Position numbers and translations under genes: made by a program. 64,000 nucleotides of DNA from Ignavibacteriaceae bacterium (GTDB lineage: Bacteria; Bacteroidota; Ignavibacteria; Ignavibacteriales; Ignavibacteriaceae): contig DATFMR010000098.1 in NCBI GenBank assembly GCA_035266865.1, positions 3,952 to 67,951 of the forward strand, written 5' to 3'. The notes beneath the pieces were generated by a model. The model did no database searches, was not told the DNA's origin, and saw only the letters and a list, made by a program, of their open reading frames with translations. Numbering within the stretch: the first letter of the stretch is position 1; the number at the start of each line of letters is the position of its first letter. This document shows, in pieces, positions 1-10,362 of the stretch.

Positions 1-145
1 TAATTGTATCAAATTGAAATTTCTCCCAAAAAGAAATCCTTATCTGATATAATTACATCATAGTTTTGCAAAATAATGGAAATTTTTAATGGCACAGTAC
101 TTGTTCTTTTAAGTATGTACTGATTCATTAACAATTATTCATTGT

Positions 146-196
146 CGTTATTTAGGAAGTGTAGAGGGCTACCTCTGGAGGGCCTTCCTAATAACG
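146..196. repeat. nested imperfect inverted repeat (CGTTATT(T)AGGAAG ... CTTCCTAATAACG with inner AGAGG/CCTCT stem)
   Basis: Read directly: outer arms at 146-159 and 184-196, inner stem at 163-167/172-176. It lies just 3' of the minus-strand gene ending at 219. No clean U-tract on either strand. Confidence 0.4.
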
Positions 197-218
197 GCAA
201 GGTTTATTTCTAAAGCAA

Positions 219-1847
219 TTATTCATTAGAAATATATATACAATTTGATGGGATCTCGGGTTTTACAAGGAATACTTCTTCTTTTAGAAGAGCAACTTTT
301 CCCGGTTCCATTCCTTTCTTTTTTACAACATATTTTTTAAAAGTGTAAGAAACCGGAACAACTCCCGCCGTTTTTGCCTTACTATGAAAAGCAGCAATTG
401 AAGCAGCGGCTTTTAAAATATTTTTTGGAACGGCTTCCTTTGTATTATCAATTCTTAAAACAACGTGTGAGCCGGGAAGTCCGCGCGCATGGAACCAGTA
501 ATCATTTTGCTTTGCAAATTTAGTAGTTAGCAGATCGTTGTTTTTACTATCTTTTCCAACATAAACATCAAATTTATCTTCCAGCAAATAGTGCTTGAAT
601 TTTGTCCTGATATCTTCCTTTTCAGGCTTTGAATTATTCATTTTAATTTTTAGCTCCTTAATTAATTCATCCAAGTCCTCGATACTACTACTTTTAATAA
701 ATCTTGATCTAATTTTATTAAATTTTTCATATTCATTCTTTGTTTCTTCAAAAAGTAAACATTTTTTTTCTTTCCCGATCTTTTCACTTCTTGCTTTTTT
801 AAAGTATCTATCTACATTTTGTTTGGGAGATAAATTCTCATCTAGCTTAACTTCAATTAGTTCTTTTCCCGAATATTCATCTTCGATTTCTAACCTGTTC
901 ATTCCTTTTTTTATTTTGTTAATATTAATCAATAATAAATTGCCGATTTTATTATAATATTCTTCTTTGCTCTCACGCTCTAAATTACTTTTAAGTTTGT
1001 TTAATTTGTTTGCTGTTTTATCAAGGTCTCTTTCTACCTGCTTTTCAATTATTCTAAACTTTTTTGAAAAATCTGAATAAAAATAAGACTTGGAAATATA
1101 GAAATTTAGTGCAGCGATAATTGAATCAAATTTATTCTTCTTTGAAAATGGGAATGAAATAAATTTATCAAAACCAAGATAAATTTCTTTTGAATTATCC
1201 GACTGGTATACTACAGGCGAATCATTCTTAATTTCTGTTAAAATAGAAGTGATAGTATGAGCAAAAATTAGGCTATTATTTTGGACTTTGAGTTTTGCTT
1301 CAATTATAATTTCTTTACCAAGAACGGGGAATTCTTTCCGAAGCAATTCAGGATCATTGATATTTGAATTTGAAAGAGAGGGGAGTGTATTGAAATTATT
1401 TATGAAATGGGTTTTTCTAACTTCTTCTAAAAACGATTTTTCTATTTCGTCACTAGTGGACTTAAAAGATGAGATTTTATATTCAGAATCAATAAAATGA
1501 ATGTTTGTAAATTTGCCTCTGATTGCAAAATAAATAGCACCACTTTTCAGATCCAATTTTACAATTCTGTCAAAATCTGCAATCTCAAAGGATGAAATTA
1601 TTTGAGAGCAAGCTGATTCAAAAAAATCTATTGTATTTTTTTTAGCCCTTTTAAATTTGTTTTTTAATGTTATAAATGGAAAGCCTGGGTTAGTAGAAAT
1701 TTCAATGTAGTAATTATTTTCCCCTTTGCTAAACTCTAAGATTAATTTATTCTTATCCTGCGAAAAGGCTGATATTAATTTAAAACCTTCTAATATTTTC
1801 CCGGCTTCAATAATAAATCTGTTTAGAATAAAATAATTTTTATACAT
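219..1847 (-). CDS. NFACT-family / RqcH-like (fibronectin-binding protein A N-terminal type) ribosome quality-control protein
   Basis: Long ORF with a K/E-rich coiled-coil centre and a C-terminal 'DYWFHARGLPGSHVVLR' NFACT-R/DUF814-type signature. The track ORF starts at TTG 1856; ATG at 1847 (MYKNYF...) is the more likely start. Confidence 0.8.
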   Translation of the reverse strand: MYKNYFILNRFIIEAGKILEGFKLISAFSQDKNKLILEFSKGENNYYIEISTNPGFPFITLKNKFKRAKKNTIDFFESACSQIISSFEIADFDRIVKLDLKSGAIYFAIRGKFTNIHFIDSEYKISSFKSTSDEIEKSFLEEVRKTHFINNFNTLPSLSNSNINDPELLRKEFPVLGKEIIIEAKLKVQNNSLIFAHTITSILTEIKNDSPVVYQSDNSKEIYLGFDKFISFPFSKKNKFDSIIAALNFYISKSYFYSDFSKKFRIIEKQVERDLDKTANKLNKLKSNLERESKEEYYNKIGNLLLININKIKKGMNRLEIEDEYSGKELIEVKLDENLSPKQNVDRYFKKARSEKIGKEKKCLLFEETKNEYEKFNKIRSRFIKSSSIEDLDELIKELKIKMNNSKPEKEDIRTKFKHYLLEDKFDVYVGKDSKNNDLLTTKFAKQNDYWFHARGLPGSHVVLRIDNTKEAVPKNILKAAASIAAFHSKAKTAGVVPVSYTFKKYVVKKKGMEPGKVALLKEEVFLVKPEIPSNCIYISNE

Positions 1848-1854
1848 ATATAAC

Positions 1855-1884
1855 AAAAAAGGGTTGAACCGAAATTCAACCCTT
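1855..1884 (-). terminator. rho-independent terminator after the POT transporter gene
   Basis: Minus strand reads AAGGGTTGAA-tttcgg-TTCAACCCTT followed by TTTTTT, about 29 nt downstream of the stop at 1913. Confidence 0.7.
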
Positions 1885-1912
1885 AATTTAAAATAAATTT
1901 ATCAATTAAATG

Positions 1913-3559
1913 TCAGGCTTTTGAACCTGTTCTTTCTTTTACAATTGCATCGAGAGATTTTAACCTGGCAAAAATCCAGGCTCCACCAATAAATGCTGCA
2001 ACTGCGATAATTAGGAAAAATAGTTTCTTATCTGTAAAAGAATCCCAGAAACTTGCCATAATTCCTGCAGCTTTACCTCCAAGAGAAGTGGAAAGGAACC
2101 AGCCTCCCATCATTAAAGCTGTAACTCTTGCCGGAGCCAGCTTGGAAACAAGTGACAGTCCAATTGGGCTTAAAAACAATTCACTTACTGTAAAAACTCC
2201 ATATGTTAAAAAGAGCCAGTATGCTCCGGTTTTATGTGTATAAACTGAAGGTACAGACATAATTGCAAATACCATTACGAGCGCAGACAAACCGGAAATA
2301 AATAATGCCTGCCCAAATTTAGATGCAGTCGAAACCTCCTTGCCTCGTTTTCTACGCCAGGTAAACCATCCAACCACCAGCGGCGTCAATACAATAATAA
2401 AAAATGGATTTATAGATTGGAATAACTCTGCATTTGCAACCGTCAACACCTGGTTTGCACCGGGCCACTCATCTTTAGGAAGATTATTAAAATAGGGATC
2501 AATACCCATATGAGTTTCAACAACCCCAGCACTGTCTACAACAGGACGCATATACTGATCCACAACAGGTACTTCTTTTGGCTCTGTATTAATTTCTTGT
2601 ACCATATTTATGGCTTCAGCCGGTTTTTCCATAATTGGTGCTATTTCACGATTTGTGTATTGCTCTGCCCAAATCGTCAAACCTGTAGCATTCTGATTAT
2701 AAATTGTCCAGAATATTATTGAAATAGAAAAAATAAACAAAAGGGCACCAATTGCTCTTTTGTCAGATCCTGATGCTCTGACCCAGAGAGAAACATAAAA
2801 TGCTATAATTGGAATGCAGGCAAAAATAAAAGCATCATTGGAATCAGAGCCAAATAAATTACTGGGAATTATCCAGCCAATTATTGCAAATACAATTGCA
2901 GGAAGGAAAACATACATAAAAATCTGTGACATTGATGCATCTTCTTTTTCCATAGGCTTTTTAACATCTGCTTCTTTTACTTCTTTCAGACCCGATGCCA
3001 GCCAAATTAGTCCAATTAACAAACCTACTCCTGCCGCTGAAAAAGCATAACCCCAGCCATATGTATTTCTTAAATAAGCGGCTACAAAATTACAGACCAA
3101 AGCGCCTATATTTATTCCCATATAAAAGATATTATATGCATTATCTTTAAGGGGTTTAAGCTCTTCTTTATTGTAAATTATACCAAGTAGAGTACTGATA
3201 TTTGGTTTAAAAAATCCGTTACCTATAATTACAAGACCTAATGAAACAAACAGGGCAGTGTCACCCGGAAAAGCCAATCCGAAATAGCCGGCAGACATTA
3301 AGATTCCGCCAATAAATATTGATTTTATATAACCAAGATAACGATCAGCAATTAGTCCCCCGATAAAAGGAGTAAGATAAACGAGCGCAATAAATGAACC
3401 TACAATATCTGCGGCAGTACTTGTGTCAAAACCTTTTCCACCAGTTTTAGTATCAATTAAGTATAACAACAGTATACCTACCATCAGGTAATATCCAAAA
3501 CGTTCCCACATTTCGGTAAAGAATAGAACGTATAAACCTTTCGGGTGCTTTTTAAACAT
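1913..3559 (-). CDS. proton-dependent oligopeptide transporter (POT/PTR2 family, MFS)
   Basis: 548-aa multi-TM ORF with the N-terminal 'FTEMWERFGYYLMVGILLLYL' PTR2 signature. Confidence 0.9.
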   Translation of the reverse strand: MFKKHPKGLYVLFFTEMWERFGYYLMVGILLLYLIDTKTGGKGFDTSTAADIVGSFIALVYLTPFIGGLIADRYLGYIKSIFIGGILMSAGYFGLAFPGDTALFVSLGLVIIGNGFFKPNISTLLGIIYNKEELKPLKDNAYNIFYMGINIGALVCNFVAAYLRNTYGWGYAFSAAGVGLLIGLIWLASGLKEVKEADVKKPMEKEDASMSQIFMYVFLPAIVFAIIGWIIPSNLFGSDSNDAFIFACIPIIAFYVSLWVRASGSDKRAIGALLFIFSISIIFWTIYNQNATGLTIWAEQYTNREIAPIMEKPAEAINMVQEINTEPKEVPVVDQYMRPVVDSAGVVETHMGIDPYFNNLPKDEWPGANQVLTVANAELFQSINPFFIIVLTPLVVGWFTWRRKRGKEVSTASKFGQALFISGLSALVMVFAIMSVPSVYTHKTGAYWLFLTYGVFTVSELFLSPIGLSLVSKLAPARVTALMMGGWFLSTSLGGKAAGIMASFWDSFTDKKLFFLIIAVAAFIGGAWIFARLKSLDAIVKERTGSKA

Positions 3560-3793
3560 CAGAGGACCTCGCTTGAAAGTTTTTATGTGATGAGATTAAC
3601 AATTTGATAGCTTCAGAAAAAGAATTCAAGATAATATGAAACTTTGAATAGAAATAGTTGGTTAAAGTTTCCACAATATATATGATTTTTGAGTTTTTTC
3701 ATAATTTTTATGTGATAAAAAGACCCACCTTTTCAAAAATCTATGTAAATTTGTTTTGTTGTTTAAGAAAACTTCATTTGATATATTACTGCA

Positions 3794-4546
3794 ATGAAAA
3801 ATATATTTCAAAAATCATTTGTTAGAAAAACTCTATACTGGCTTGTTGGAATAATCGCATTTATTTTGCTATTAAACAACGTAATTATGCCCTGGTACGT
3901 AAGCTCGCCGGAGCGGGTAGTGCCGGATGTAATAGGTAAAAAACTGGCTGATGTTGAAAAATTACTCTCTGAAAAGAATCTTGAGCCCGTCATAAGTGAT
4001 ACAACATACGATGAGAAGTATCCTAAAGGAACAATTCTTCTGCAAAAACCAATTGCCGGAGAAAGAGTTAAAATTGGCAGAAGAATTTACCTATTTGTTA
4101 GCGGTGGCGATCCTGTTGTTTATGTACCTGATCTAAGGGGAAAATCGATAAGAGATGCAAAATTTTCACTCGAAAGATTGGGGCTGCTGTTGGGGCAGGT
4201 TGAAGACGTACCATCAGATAATCCAAAAGATATGATTTTTGATCAACAGTTCGCTCCTGGTACTGTCTTAAAAAAAGGAGAAAGCGTTGATGTTATAATG
4301 AGTATAGGAAGCAAGGCTGATTTGCTAACTGTGCCGGATCTTATTGGAAAATCTCTAACTGAAGCGGAGACAATACTCACCGACAGCATGTTAACAGTTG
4401 GAAAAATTAGTTATCAAAGGTCATATTCTCTACTGCCAAATACCGTAATCGACCAATATCCGAGTAAAGGCAGTAAAGTTAATACAGGTACAAAAGTGGA
4501 CCTTTTTGTTACAAAAAATTCAGATTCTCCAAACGATAATAATTAA
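3794..4546 (+). CDS. PASTA domain-containing membrane protein
   Basis: N-terminal TM helix followed by three repeats that begin VPDVIGK / VPDLRGK / VPDLIGK, typical of PASTA units. No kinase or transpeptidase domain. Confidence 0.75.
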   Translation: MKNIFQKSFVRKTLYWLVGIIAFILLLNNVIMPWYVSSPERVVPDVIGKKLADVEKLLSEKNLEPVISDTTYDEKYPKGTILLQKPIAGERVKIGRRIYLFVSGGDPVVYVPDLRGKSIRDAKFSLERLGLLLGQVEDVPSDNPKDMIFDQQFAPGTVLKKGESVDVIMSIGSKADLLTVPDLIGKSLTEAETILTDSMLTVGKISYQRSYSLLPNTVIDQYPSKGSKVNTGTKVDLFVTKNSDSPNDNN

Positions 4547-4551
4547 ATATT

Positions 4552-5205
4552 ATGGCAATTTTAGCTCCTTCAATTCTAAATTCTGATCTCTCAAATCTTG
4601 CGCAACAAATAAGATTAGTTGAAATGAGTGGAGCAAACTGGATTCATTGTGATATAATGGACGGACACTTTGTTCCTAATATTTCATTTGGGCCTGTACT
4701 TGTAAAAGCCGCAAAAAAATCGACTAAACTTCCGCTTGATGTTCACCTGATGATTGAAAATCCGGACAAATATTTAGAAGATTTCGTTTCTGCCGGAGCA
4801 AAGTTTGTTACAGTTCACCAGGAAGAAGTAATTCATTTAAATAGAACTATAAATAAGATAAAAGAACTTGGAGCAAATGCTGGTGTGGCAATAAATCCTG
4901 CAACTCCTGTTAACTCTTTAAAATATATTGCAGAATATGTTGATTTGATTTTGATTATGACAGTTAACCCAGGTTTTGGTGGTCAGACTTTCATTCCAAA
5001 TTCAATTGCAAAAATTAAGGAAACGGTTGAATTGAGAAATGAATTAAAAGCGGACTTCATAATTGAAGTTGATGGAGGTATTGATAAAAATAACATCAGA
5101 GATGTTTTGAATGCAGGTGCGGATGCGTTTGTAGTTGGATCTGCAATATTCAAAGCTGATAATATTTCGGCAGCTTCGATAGAATTATCAAATTTAATTA
5201 AATAG
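4552..5205 (+). CDS. rpe: ribulose-phosphate 3-epimerase
   Basis: Motifs HCDIMDGHFVPN, DVHLM, MTVNPGFGGQ and EVDGG. Confidence 0.95.
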   Translation: MAILAPSILNSDLSNLAQQIRLVEMSGANWIHCDIMDGHFVPNISFGPVLVKAAKKSTKLPLDVHLMIENPDKYLEDFVSAGAKFVTVHQEEVIHLNRTINKIKELGANAGVAINPATPVNSLKYIAEYVDLILIMTVNPGFGGQTFIPNSIAKIKETVELRNELKADFIIEVDGGIDKNNIRDVLNAGADAFVVGSAIFKADNISAASIELSNLIK

Positions 5206-5256
5206 ACCGGTAATTTATTCCAGTAGGATATAAGCTAATATTGAGCAAAGACGTTT

Positions 5257-5280
5257 AAAGTGACTGGTGTCACTTTTTTG
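5257..5280 (+). terminator. rho-independent terminator after rpe
   Basis: AAAGTGAC-tggt-GTCACTTT followed by TTTT. Confidence 0.7.
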
Positions 5281-5303
5281 GTTTAAATAATGAGGTTCTT
5301 TAA

Positions 5304-6461
5304 TTGAATATTCAGATTATAGATCTTTCAGATTATAAAGTATTTAAAATATTTATCAACAATTACAAAATATTTAAAGAAGTTCACGAAGTTGATCTGT
5401 TCGGCCTTGAACTAAGGGATATTCAACCTAAACTTGCTAATAATGTTCAAAGAATAATTTTAAGAGAAAAAGAAAATTGTTTCAAGAGAACTAATGGAAA
5501 TAGTAATATTGATCTTTTATTTACAGGTAATATTTCTGGATTTAAAGAGCTATCCGAAAATATTCTAGCAAGCGGAGGAGATGAAGATTTAGCTTACAAA
5601 ATTTTAAATTCAATTGAAAATTATTCCAATTATAATGATATAAGTTATAAAATAGGCAATAAAGAGTTCTCATTTAATCACCCTTATATTATGGGAATTT
5701 TGAATGTAACTGAAGACTCTTTTTCAGACGGAGGACTGTATTTTAGGACTGAAGAAGCTGTTAATCATGCAATTGTAATGATTAATGATGGAGCAGATAT
5801 TATTGATATAGGCGGTGAGTCAACAAGACCGGGAGCAAAATCAATTCATGTTGAAAAAGAGATAAAAAGGGTAATTCCAGTTGTAAAAGAAATATTAAAA
5901 CAAAAACCAGGGACAATAATTTCAGTAGATACTACCAAAAGTGAAGTCGCAGAAGAAGCTCTGCAAAACGGGGCAAAAATAATTAATGATATCAGCGGTT
6001 TTAGTTTTGATCCTAAAATTTTGGATGTAGTAAAAAAATATAATGCTTCCTATATTCTAATGCATATTAAAGGAACACCTGAAAATATGCAGAAAGAACC
6101 AATTTATGATGATATAATTAAAGATATTTATGATTATTTAGCAGAAAAAAGTAAGCAGTTGAAAAAAAAGGATGTGACTAATATTATTATTGATCCGGGA
6201 ATCGGATTTGGAAAAAATATGGAGCATAATTTTGAATTACTAAAAAGATTGGAAAATTTCAAATCTCTCGGTTTTCCAATATTGATTGGTTTATCTCGAA
6301 AATCTTTTATGGGGAAAATATTAAATTTAAATACAGAATTAAGAGATTTGCCAACATCTGTACTGGAAGCTATTGCGATTAATAACGGAGCACGCATTAT
6401 AAGAACTCATAATGTGAAAAATGGTGTTCAAGTTTGTAAATTAATGAGTAAACTTATATAA
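5304..6461 (+). CDS. folP: dihydropteroate synthase with N-terminal extension
   Basis: The C-terminal ~270 aa carry GILNVTEDSFSDGG, DIGGESTRPG, INDISG and DPGIGFGK. TTG start. About 115 aa of unassigned N-terminal sequence. Confidence 0.85.
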   Translation: MNIQIIDLSDYKVFKIFINNYKIFKEVHEVDLFGLELRDIQPKLANNVQRIILREKENCFKRTNGNSNIDLLFTGNISGFKELSENILASGGDEDLAYKILNSIENYSNYNDISYKIGNKEFSFNHPYIMGILNVTEDSFSDGGLYFRTEEAVNHAIVMINDGADIIDIGGESTRPGAKSIHVEKEIKRVIPVVKEILKQKPGTIISVDTTKSEVAEEALQNGAKIINDISGFSFDPKILDVVKKYNASYILMHIKGTPENMQKEPIYDDIIKDIYDYLAEKSKQLKKKDVTNIIIDPGIGFGKNMEHNFELLKRLENFKSLGFPILIGLSRKSFMGKILNLNTELRDLPTSVLEAIAINNGARIIRTHNVKNGVQVCKLMSKLI

Positions 6462-6466
6462 AATAA

Positions 6467-7288
6467 ATGTTTGAATTATTCAGAATCGGTTTTTTAACTG
6501 TATCATTTACGGATATAATAGATATTTGTATTGTTACATTTATCATCTATAAGCTTTATACTCTGCTTAAGGGGACAATTGCAGCCCAAATATTCATAGG
6601 GCTTATGATAATACTTCTGATATCATTTATTTCACAAGCCGTAAATTTAAGAGCATTGAGCTGGTTGTTAAAATTAATTACCGATATTTGGGTAATTGCT
6701 TTCTTGATCCTGTTCCAGCCTGAAATCAGGCGACTACTTGTAATGGTCGCAAGAAATCCTTTTTTCAGAATGTTTGTAAAATCTGAATCATCAGACCCGG
6801 CATCTATAATAACAGATGCTGCATTTGAATTATCTCAGCAGCAGCATGGAGCTTTGATGATATTAATAAAATCAACAGGAATAAGAGGTTATACTGAAAC
6901 AGGTGAAATTTTGAATGCGAAAATTAGTATAGGCTTATTAAAATCTATCTTTTTCCCGAGATCACCTTTGCATGACGGAGCCGTAATAATAAAAAATGAT
7001 ACCGTTGAAGCTGCGCGATGCACATTGCCACTATCCCTCAAAACTACTTCTAATGGTGATACATTAGGAATGCGACATAGGGCTGGACTTGGAATATCTG
7101 AGCAGGCAGATGTTCTGAGTGTTATAGTTTCAGAGGAAACCGGGAGTATATCAATAGCAGAAGATGGTCAACTAACTAAAGGTCTATCAAAGGATGCATT
7201 AAGAAGAAGACTGTCAGGTGCATTTAGATCTCCATCAGTAAAGGGATGGAAAGGAATTTTTGAACAATACATAAAATCTAAGGAGTAA
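6467..7288 (+). CDS. cdaA: diadenylate cyclase (c-di-AMP synthase), CdaA type
   Basis: Three N-terminal TM helices plus a DAC domain (HDGAVII, GMRHRAGLGISEQADVLSVIVSEETGSIS). Confidence 0.9.
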   Translation: MFELFRIGFLTVSFTDIIDICIVTFIIYKLYTLLKGTIAAQIFIGLMIILLISFISQAVNLRALSWLLKLITDIWVIAFLILFQPEIRRLLVMVARNPFFRMFVKSESSDPASIITDAAFELSQQQHGALMILIKSTGIRGYTETGEILNAKISIGLLKSIFFPRSPLHDGAVIIKNDTVEAARCTLPLSLKTTSNGDTLGMRHRAGLGISEQADVLSVIVSEETGSISIAEDGQLTKGLSKDALRRRLSGAFRSPSVKGWKGIFEQYIKSKE

Positions 7289-7406
7289 TTTTTTAGATTG
7301 TTTGAAAAAACGCAACTGTATTTATTATAATGTTTTATGCTTTTGAAAAAATTATAACTTAAATTGTAAGGAAATTTGTATTATATGTTTAAGATAGGAG
7401 AAAATT

Positions 7407-8084
7407 ATGAAATTAAAATATTTTTCACATTCAGCTTTTCAAGTAACTTCTTCAAATGATAAAATAATATTAATAGACCCATTTTTAGACGATAATCCAA
7501 CCTCACCTGTTAAATCTGCTGATGTATCTGCAGATTATATAATTCTTACACATGCTCATGGTGATCATCTAGGTGATACAATTAAAATTGCAAAAAGGTG
7601 CGATTCAAAAGTAATTGCAGTAAACGAACTTGCAAATTATTGTTCCGATAAAGGAGCTGGCACTCATAATATGCATATTGGAGGATCACGGGAATTTGAT
7701 TTTGGAAAAGTAAAATTCACTATTGCCCATCATGGTTCGAAAACACCTGATGGTCAGTATGCGGGAGAGCCCGCAGGAATTTTGCTGACTATTGATGGAA
7801 AAACGGTTTATCATACAGGAGATACTAGTTTATTTTACGATATGAAATTAATAGGTGAAATGAACCCCGTTGATTATATGCTTCTCCCGATAGGTGATAA
7901 TTTTACTATGGGAATTACTGATGCTGTTAAAGCTGTAGAATTAGTTAATCCTAAGAATGTTATACCTATGCATTACAAAACATTTCCTGTTATTGATGCT
8001 AATCCAATGGAATTTAAAAATAAAGTTCAAAAGTTGGGCATAAATTGCCGAGTATTGCAATTTGGAGAAGAGATAGAATTGTAA
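7407..8084 (+). CDS. MBL-fold metal-dependent hydrolase (UPF0173-like)
   Basis: THAHGDH metal-binding motif. 225 aa. Confidence 0.8.
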   Translation: MKLKYFSHSAFQVTSSNDKIILIDPFLDDNPTSPVKSADVSADYIILTHAHGDHLGDTIKIAKRCDSKVIAVNELANYCSDKGAGTHNMHIGGSREFDFGKVKFTIAHHGSKTPDGQYAGEPAGILLTIDGKTVYHTGDTSLFYDMKLIGEMNPVDYMLLPIGDNFTMGITDAVKAVELVNPKNVIPMHYKTFPVIDANPMEFKNKVQKLGINCRVLQFGEEIEL

Positions 8085-8138
8085 CTATTTTTATCCTTCA
8101 AATTAAAATTAAAAAATATTTATTTAATCAGGAACTAA

Positions 8139-8927
8139 ATGGCAAAAGTAATTTCTGTAGCTAATCAAAAGGGAGGTGTAGGTAAAACTACAACTGCAAT
8201 AAATCTATCCTCATCATTAGCTGCTGCTGAAAAGAAGACTCTTTTAATCGATATTGATCCGCAGGCAAATTCTTCATCTGGATTAAGTGTACATAATCAT
8301 ACACCCTCTGTCTATGAGGTGCTAATTGGAGAACTGGAAATAAAAGACGCAATTGTAAACACGTATATGCCGAACCTGGATCTGATCCCTTCAAATATAA
8401 ATCTGGTTGGGGCCGAAATAGAAATGGTCGATATGGAAGACAGGGAAAGATTATTTAGTAATGCTGTGGCAAAAGTCAGAAATTTTTACGATTATATTAT
8501 AATAGATTGCCCGCCTTCTCTCGGGTTATTAACTCTAAATTCATTGGCTGGCTCAGATTCTGTGCTAATTCCAGTTCAATGTGAATATTTTGCTCTCGAA
8601 GGACTAGGACAGTTATTGAACACCATCAATATTGTAAAGCAGCATTATAATCCGGAGCTTACTATTGAAGGAGTCTTGCTGACAATGTTTGATATTAGAC
8701 TGAGGTTGTCACAACAAGTAGCAGACGAAGTAAAAAAATATTTCGGTGATAAAGTATTTAATACAATTATCCATAGAAATGTTAGAATATCAGAGGCCCC
8801 GAGTTATGGAAAACCTGTTATTTTATACGATGCGGTTTCAACCGGAGCAAAAAATTATATTGAACTTGCTTCAGAACTATTAAATAGAAATTCTAAAGAA
8901 AACTTAAACGCCAAAACCAATGAGTAA
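8139..8927 (+). CDS. parA: chromosome partitioning ATPase ParA/Soj
   Basis: Deviant Walker [12 protein letters not shown]. ParA-like throughout. Confidence 0.95.
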   Translation: MAKVISVANQKGGVGKTTTAINLSSSLAAAEKKTLLIDIDPQANSSSGLSVHNHTPSVYEVLIGELEIKDAIVNTYMPNLDLIPSNINLVGAEIEMVDMEDRERLFSNAVAKVRNFYDYIIIDCPPSLGLLTLNSLAGSDSVLIPVQCEYFALEGLGQLLNTINIVKQHYNPELTIEGVLLTMFDIRLRLSQQVADEVKKYFGDKVFNTIIHRNVRISEAPSYGKPVILYDAVSTGAKNYIELASELLNRNSKENLNAKTNE

Positions 8928-9867
8928 ACTAAAACCAGGATTGGGACGTGGCCTCGATGCATTAATTAATCCTGATGCACTAAGGGACAGCAAAAAAACG
9001 CCTGCAGATTATTCCGACCTTAAAAAAGATGAAGGCCATCAGGTTGATATAATGGCTAAAATCCCTGTAGATATGATTAAACCTAATCCCTTCCAGCCCA
9101 GATCCAACTTTGAGCCTGAAGCACTGGATGAATTAAAAAAATCTATACTTTCAAACGGATTGATTCAACCAATAACCGTAAGAAGAAGCGCTGATAAAGG
9201 TTACGAATTGATTTCAGGTGAACGCAGGTTAAAAGCATGCAAAGATATTGGATACAGAGATATACCTGCATATATAATTAAAGTAGACAGCAATGAGGCA
9301 ATGCTTGCCCTATCACTTATTGAAAATATTCAAAGAGAAAGATTAAATCCAATAGAAATTGGTCTGGCATATAAAAGATTAATAGAAGAATGCTCTTTAA
9401 CACAGGAAGAAATTGCTGAAAAAGTAGGTAAGGACAGGTCAACTGTAGCAAATTCAATCAGACTACTCAAACTACCACCGGAAATTCAGGAAAGTTTAAT
9501 AAAAGATGAAATTTCATCTGGACACGCCCGCGCAATTATCAATCTTCCAACTTCAAGTCTTCAATTAGGTGTTCTTAAAAAAATAATTAATAATAACCTG
9601 TCGGTTAGAAAAGTTGAACAACTTGTTAAAAAAATTATTACAGAAACTTCAACACCCAGAAGAAATGTATCAGGAAAGCATACAGTAAAGATCAGTTCTT
9701 CAAATCTCTCTGATGTTGAAGATAAGCTAAGAAAAATTTTCGGAACAAAGGTTTCCTGCAAACAAAAGCAGGGGGGAGCAGGGGAAATCATAATTGAATT
9801 CTATTCTAACGATGAGCTGGAAAGGTTATTTGAGCTTTTTGAAATTATCGATAAAACATATAATTAA
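8920..9867 (+). CDS. parB: chromosome partitioning protein ParB/Spo0J
   Basis: ParB box GERRLKA plus an HTH region. Overlaps the parA stop by 8 nt. Confidence 0.95.
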   Translation: MSKLKPGLGRGLDALINPDALRDSKKTPADYSDLKKDEGHQVDIMAKIPVDMIKPNPFQPRSNFEPEALDELKKSILSNGLIQPITVRRSADKGYELISGERRLKACKDIGYRDIPAYIIKVDSNEAMLALSLIENIQRERLNPIEIGLAYKRLIEECSLTQEEIAEKVGKDRSTVANSIRLLKLPPEIQESLIKDEISSGHARAIINLPTSSLQLGVLKKIINNNLSVRKVEQLVKKIITETSTPRRNVSGKHTVKISSSNLSDVEDKLRKIFGTKVSCKQKQGGAGEIIIEFYSNDELERLFELFEIIDKTYN

Positions 9868-10348
9868 TATTTTAGCAATCATTTTTCTTTTTCAGACTGC
9901 AGTGCTTTCTCAAACTGATTCAGTTGATTCAAGCTCTGAACAAAAAAAAGATACAATTTTTGTTATGCATAAATCACCTTGGGGAGCAGTTCTCAGAAGT
10001 GCCATTTTACCAGGCTGGGGACAAATTTATAATGAATCCTATATTAAAGTTCCCATAGTTTGGGGAATAATTGGAAGTCTGGCTGCCGGGTGGATCTGGA
10101 ATAACAATAAATATAATAATGCAAATGATCTCTATCATCAAAACCTGAACGATTCCAGGCTTTCAGCAAATTATAAATTTCAGAGGAATTTTTATAGAGA
10201 TCAGCGGGATCTTTTTGCAATATACATTGGACTGGCATATTTTCTAAATATGGTAGATGCTTATGTTGATGCTCAGTTGTTCGATTTTACTGTGAAGGAA
10301 AATCCTTTTACAAAACAACCGTGGTTAAATTTAAATGTTAGGTTTTAA
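9812..10348 (+). CDS. DUF5683-like exported/membrane protein
   Basis: Signal-like N-terminus and an LPGWGQIYN motif. Positioned directly after parB, as in Bacteroidota-type genomes. The start is uncertain: ATG 9812 is chosen here, whereas the track ORF begins at TTG 9794 inside parB. Confidence 0.55.
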   Translation: MSWKGYLSFLKLSIKHIINILAIIFLFQTAVLSQTDSVDSSSEQKKDTIFVMHKSPWGAVLRSAILPGWGQIYNESYIKVPIVWGIIGSLAAGWIWNNNKYNNANDLYHQNLNDSRLSANYKFQRNFYRDQRDLFAIYIGLAYFLNMVDAYVDAQLFDFTVKENPFTKQPWLNLNVRF

Positions 10349-10362
10349 TAAAATTTAGCGAA

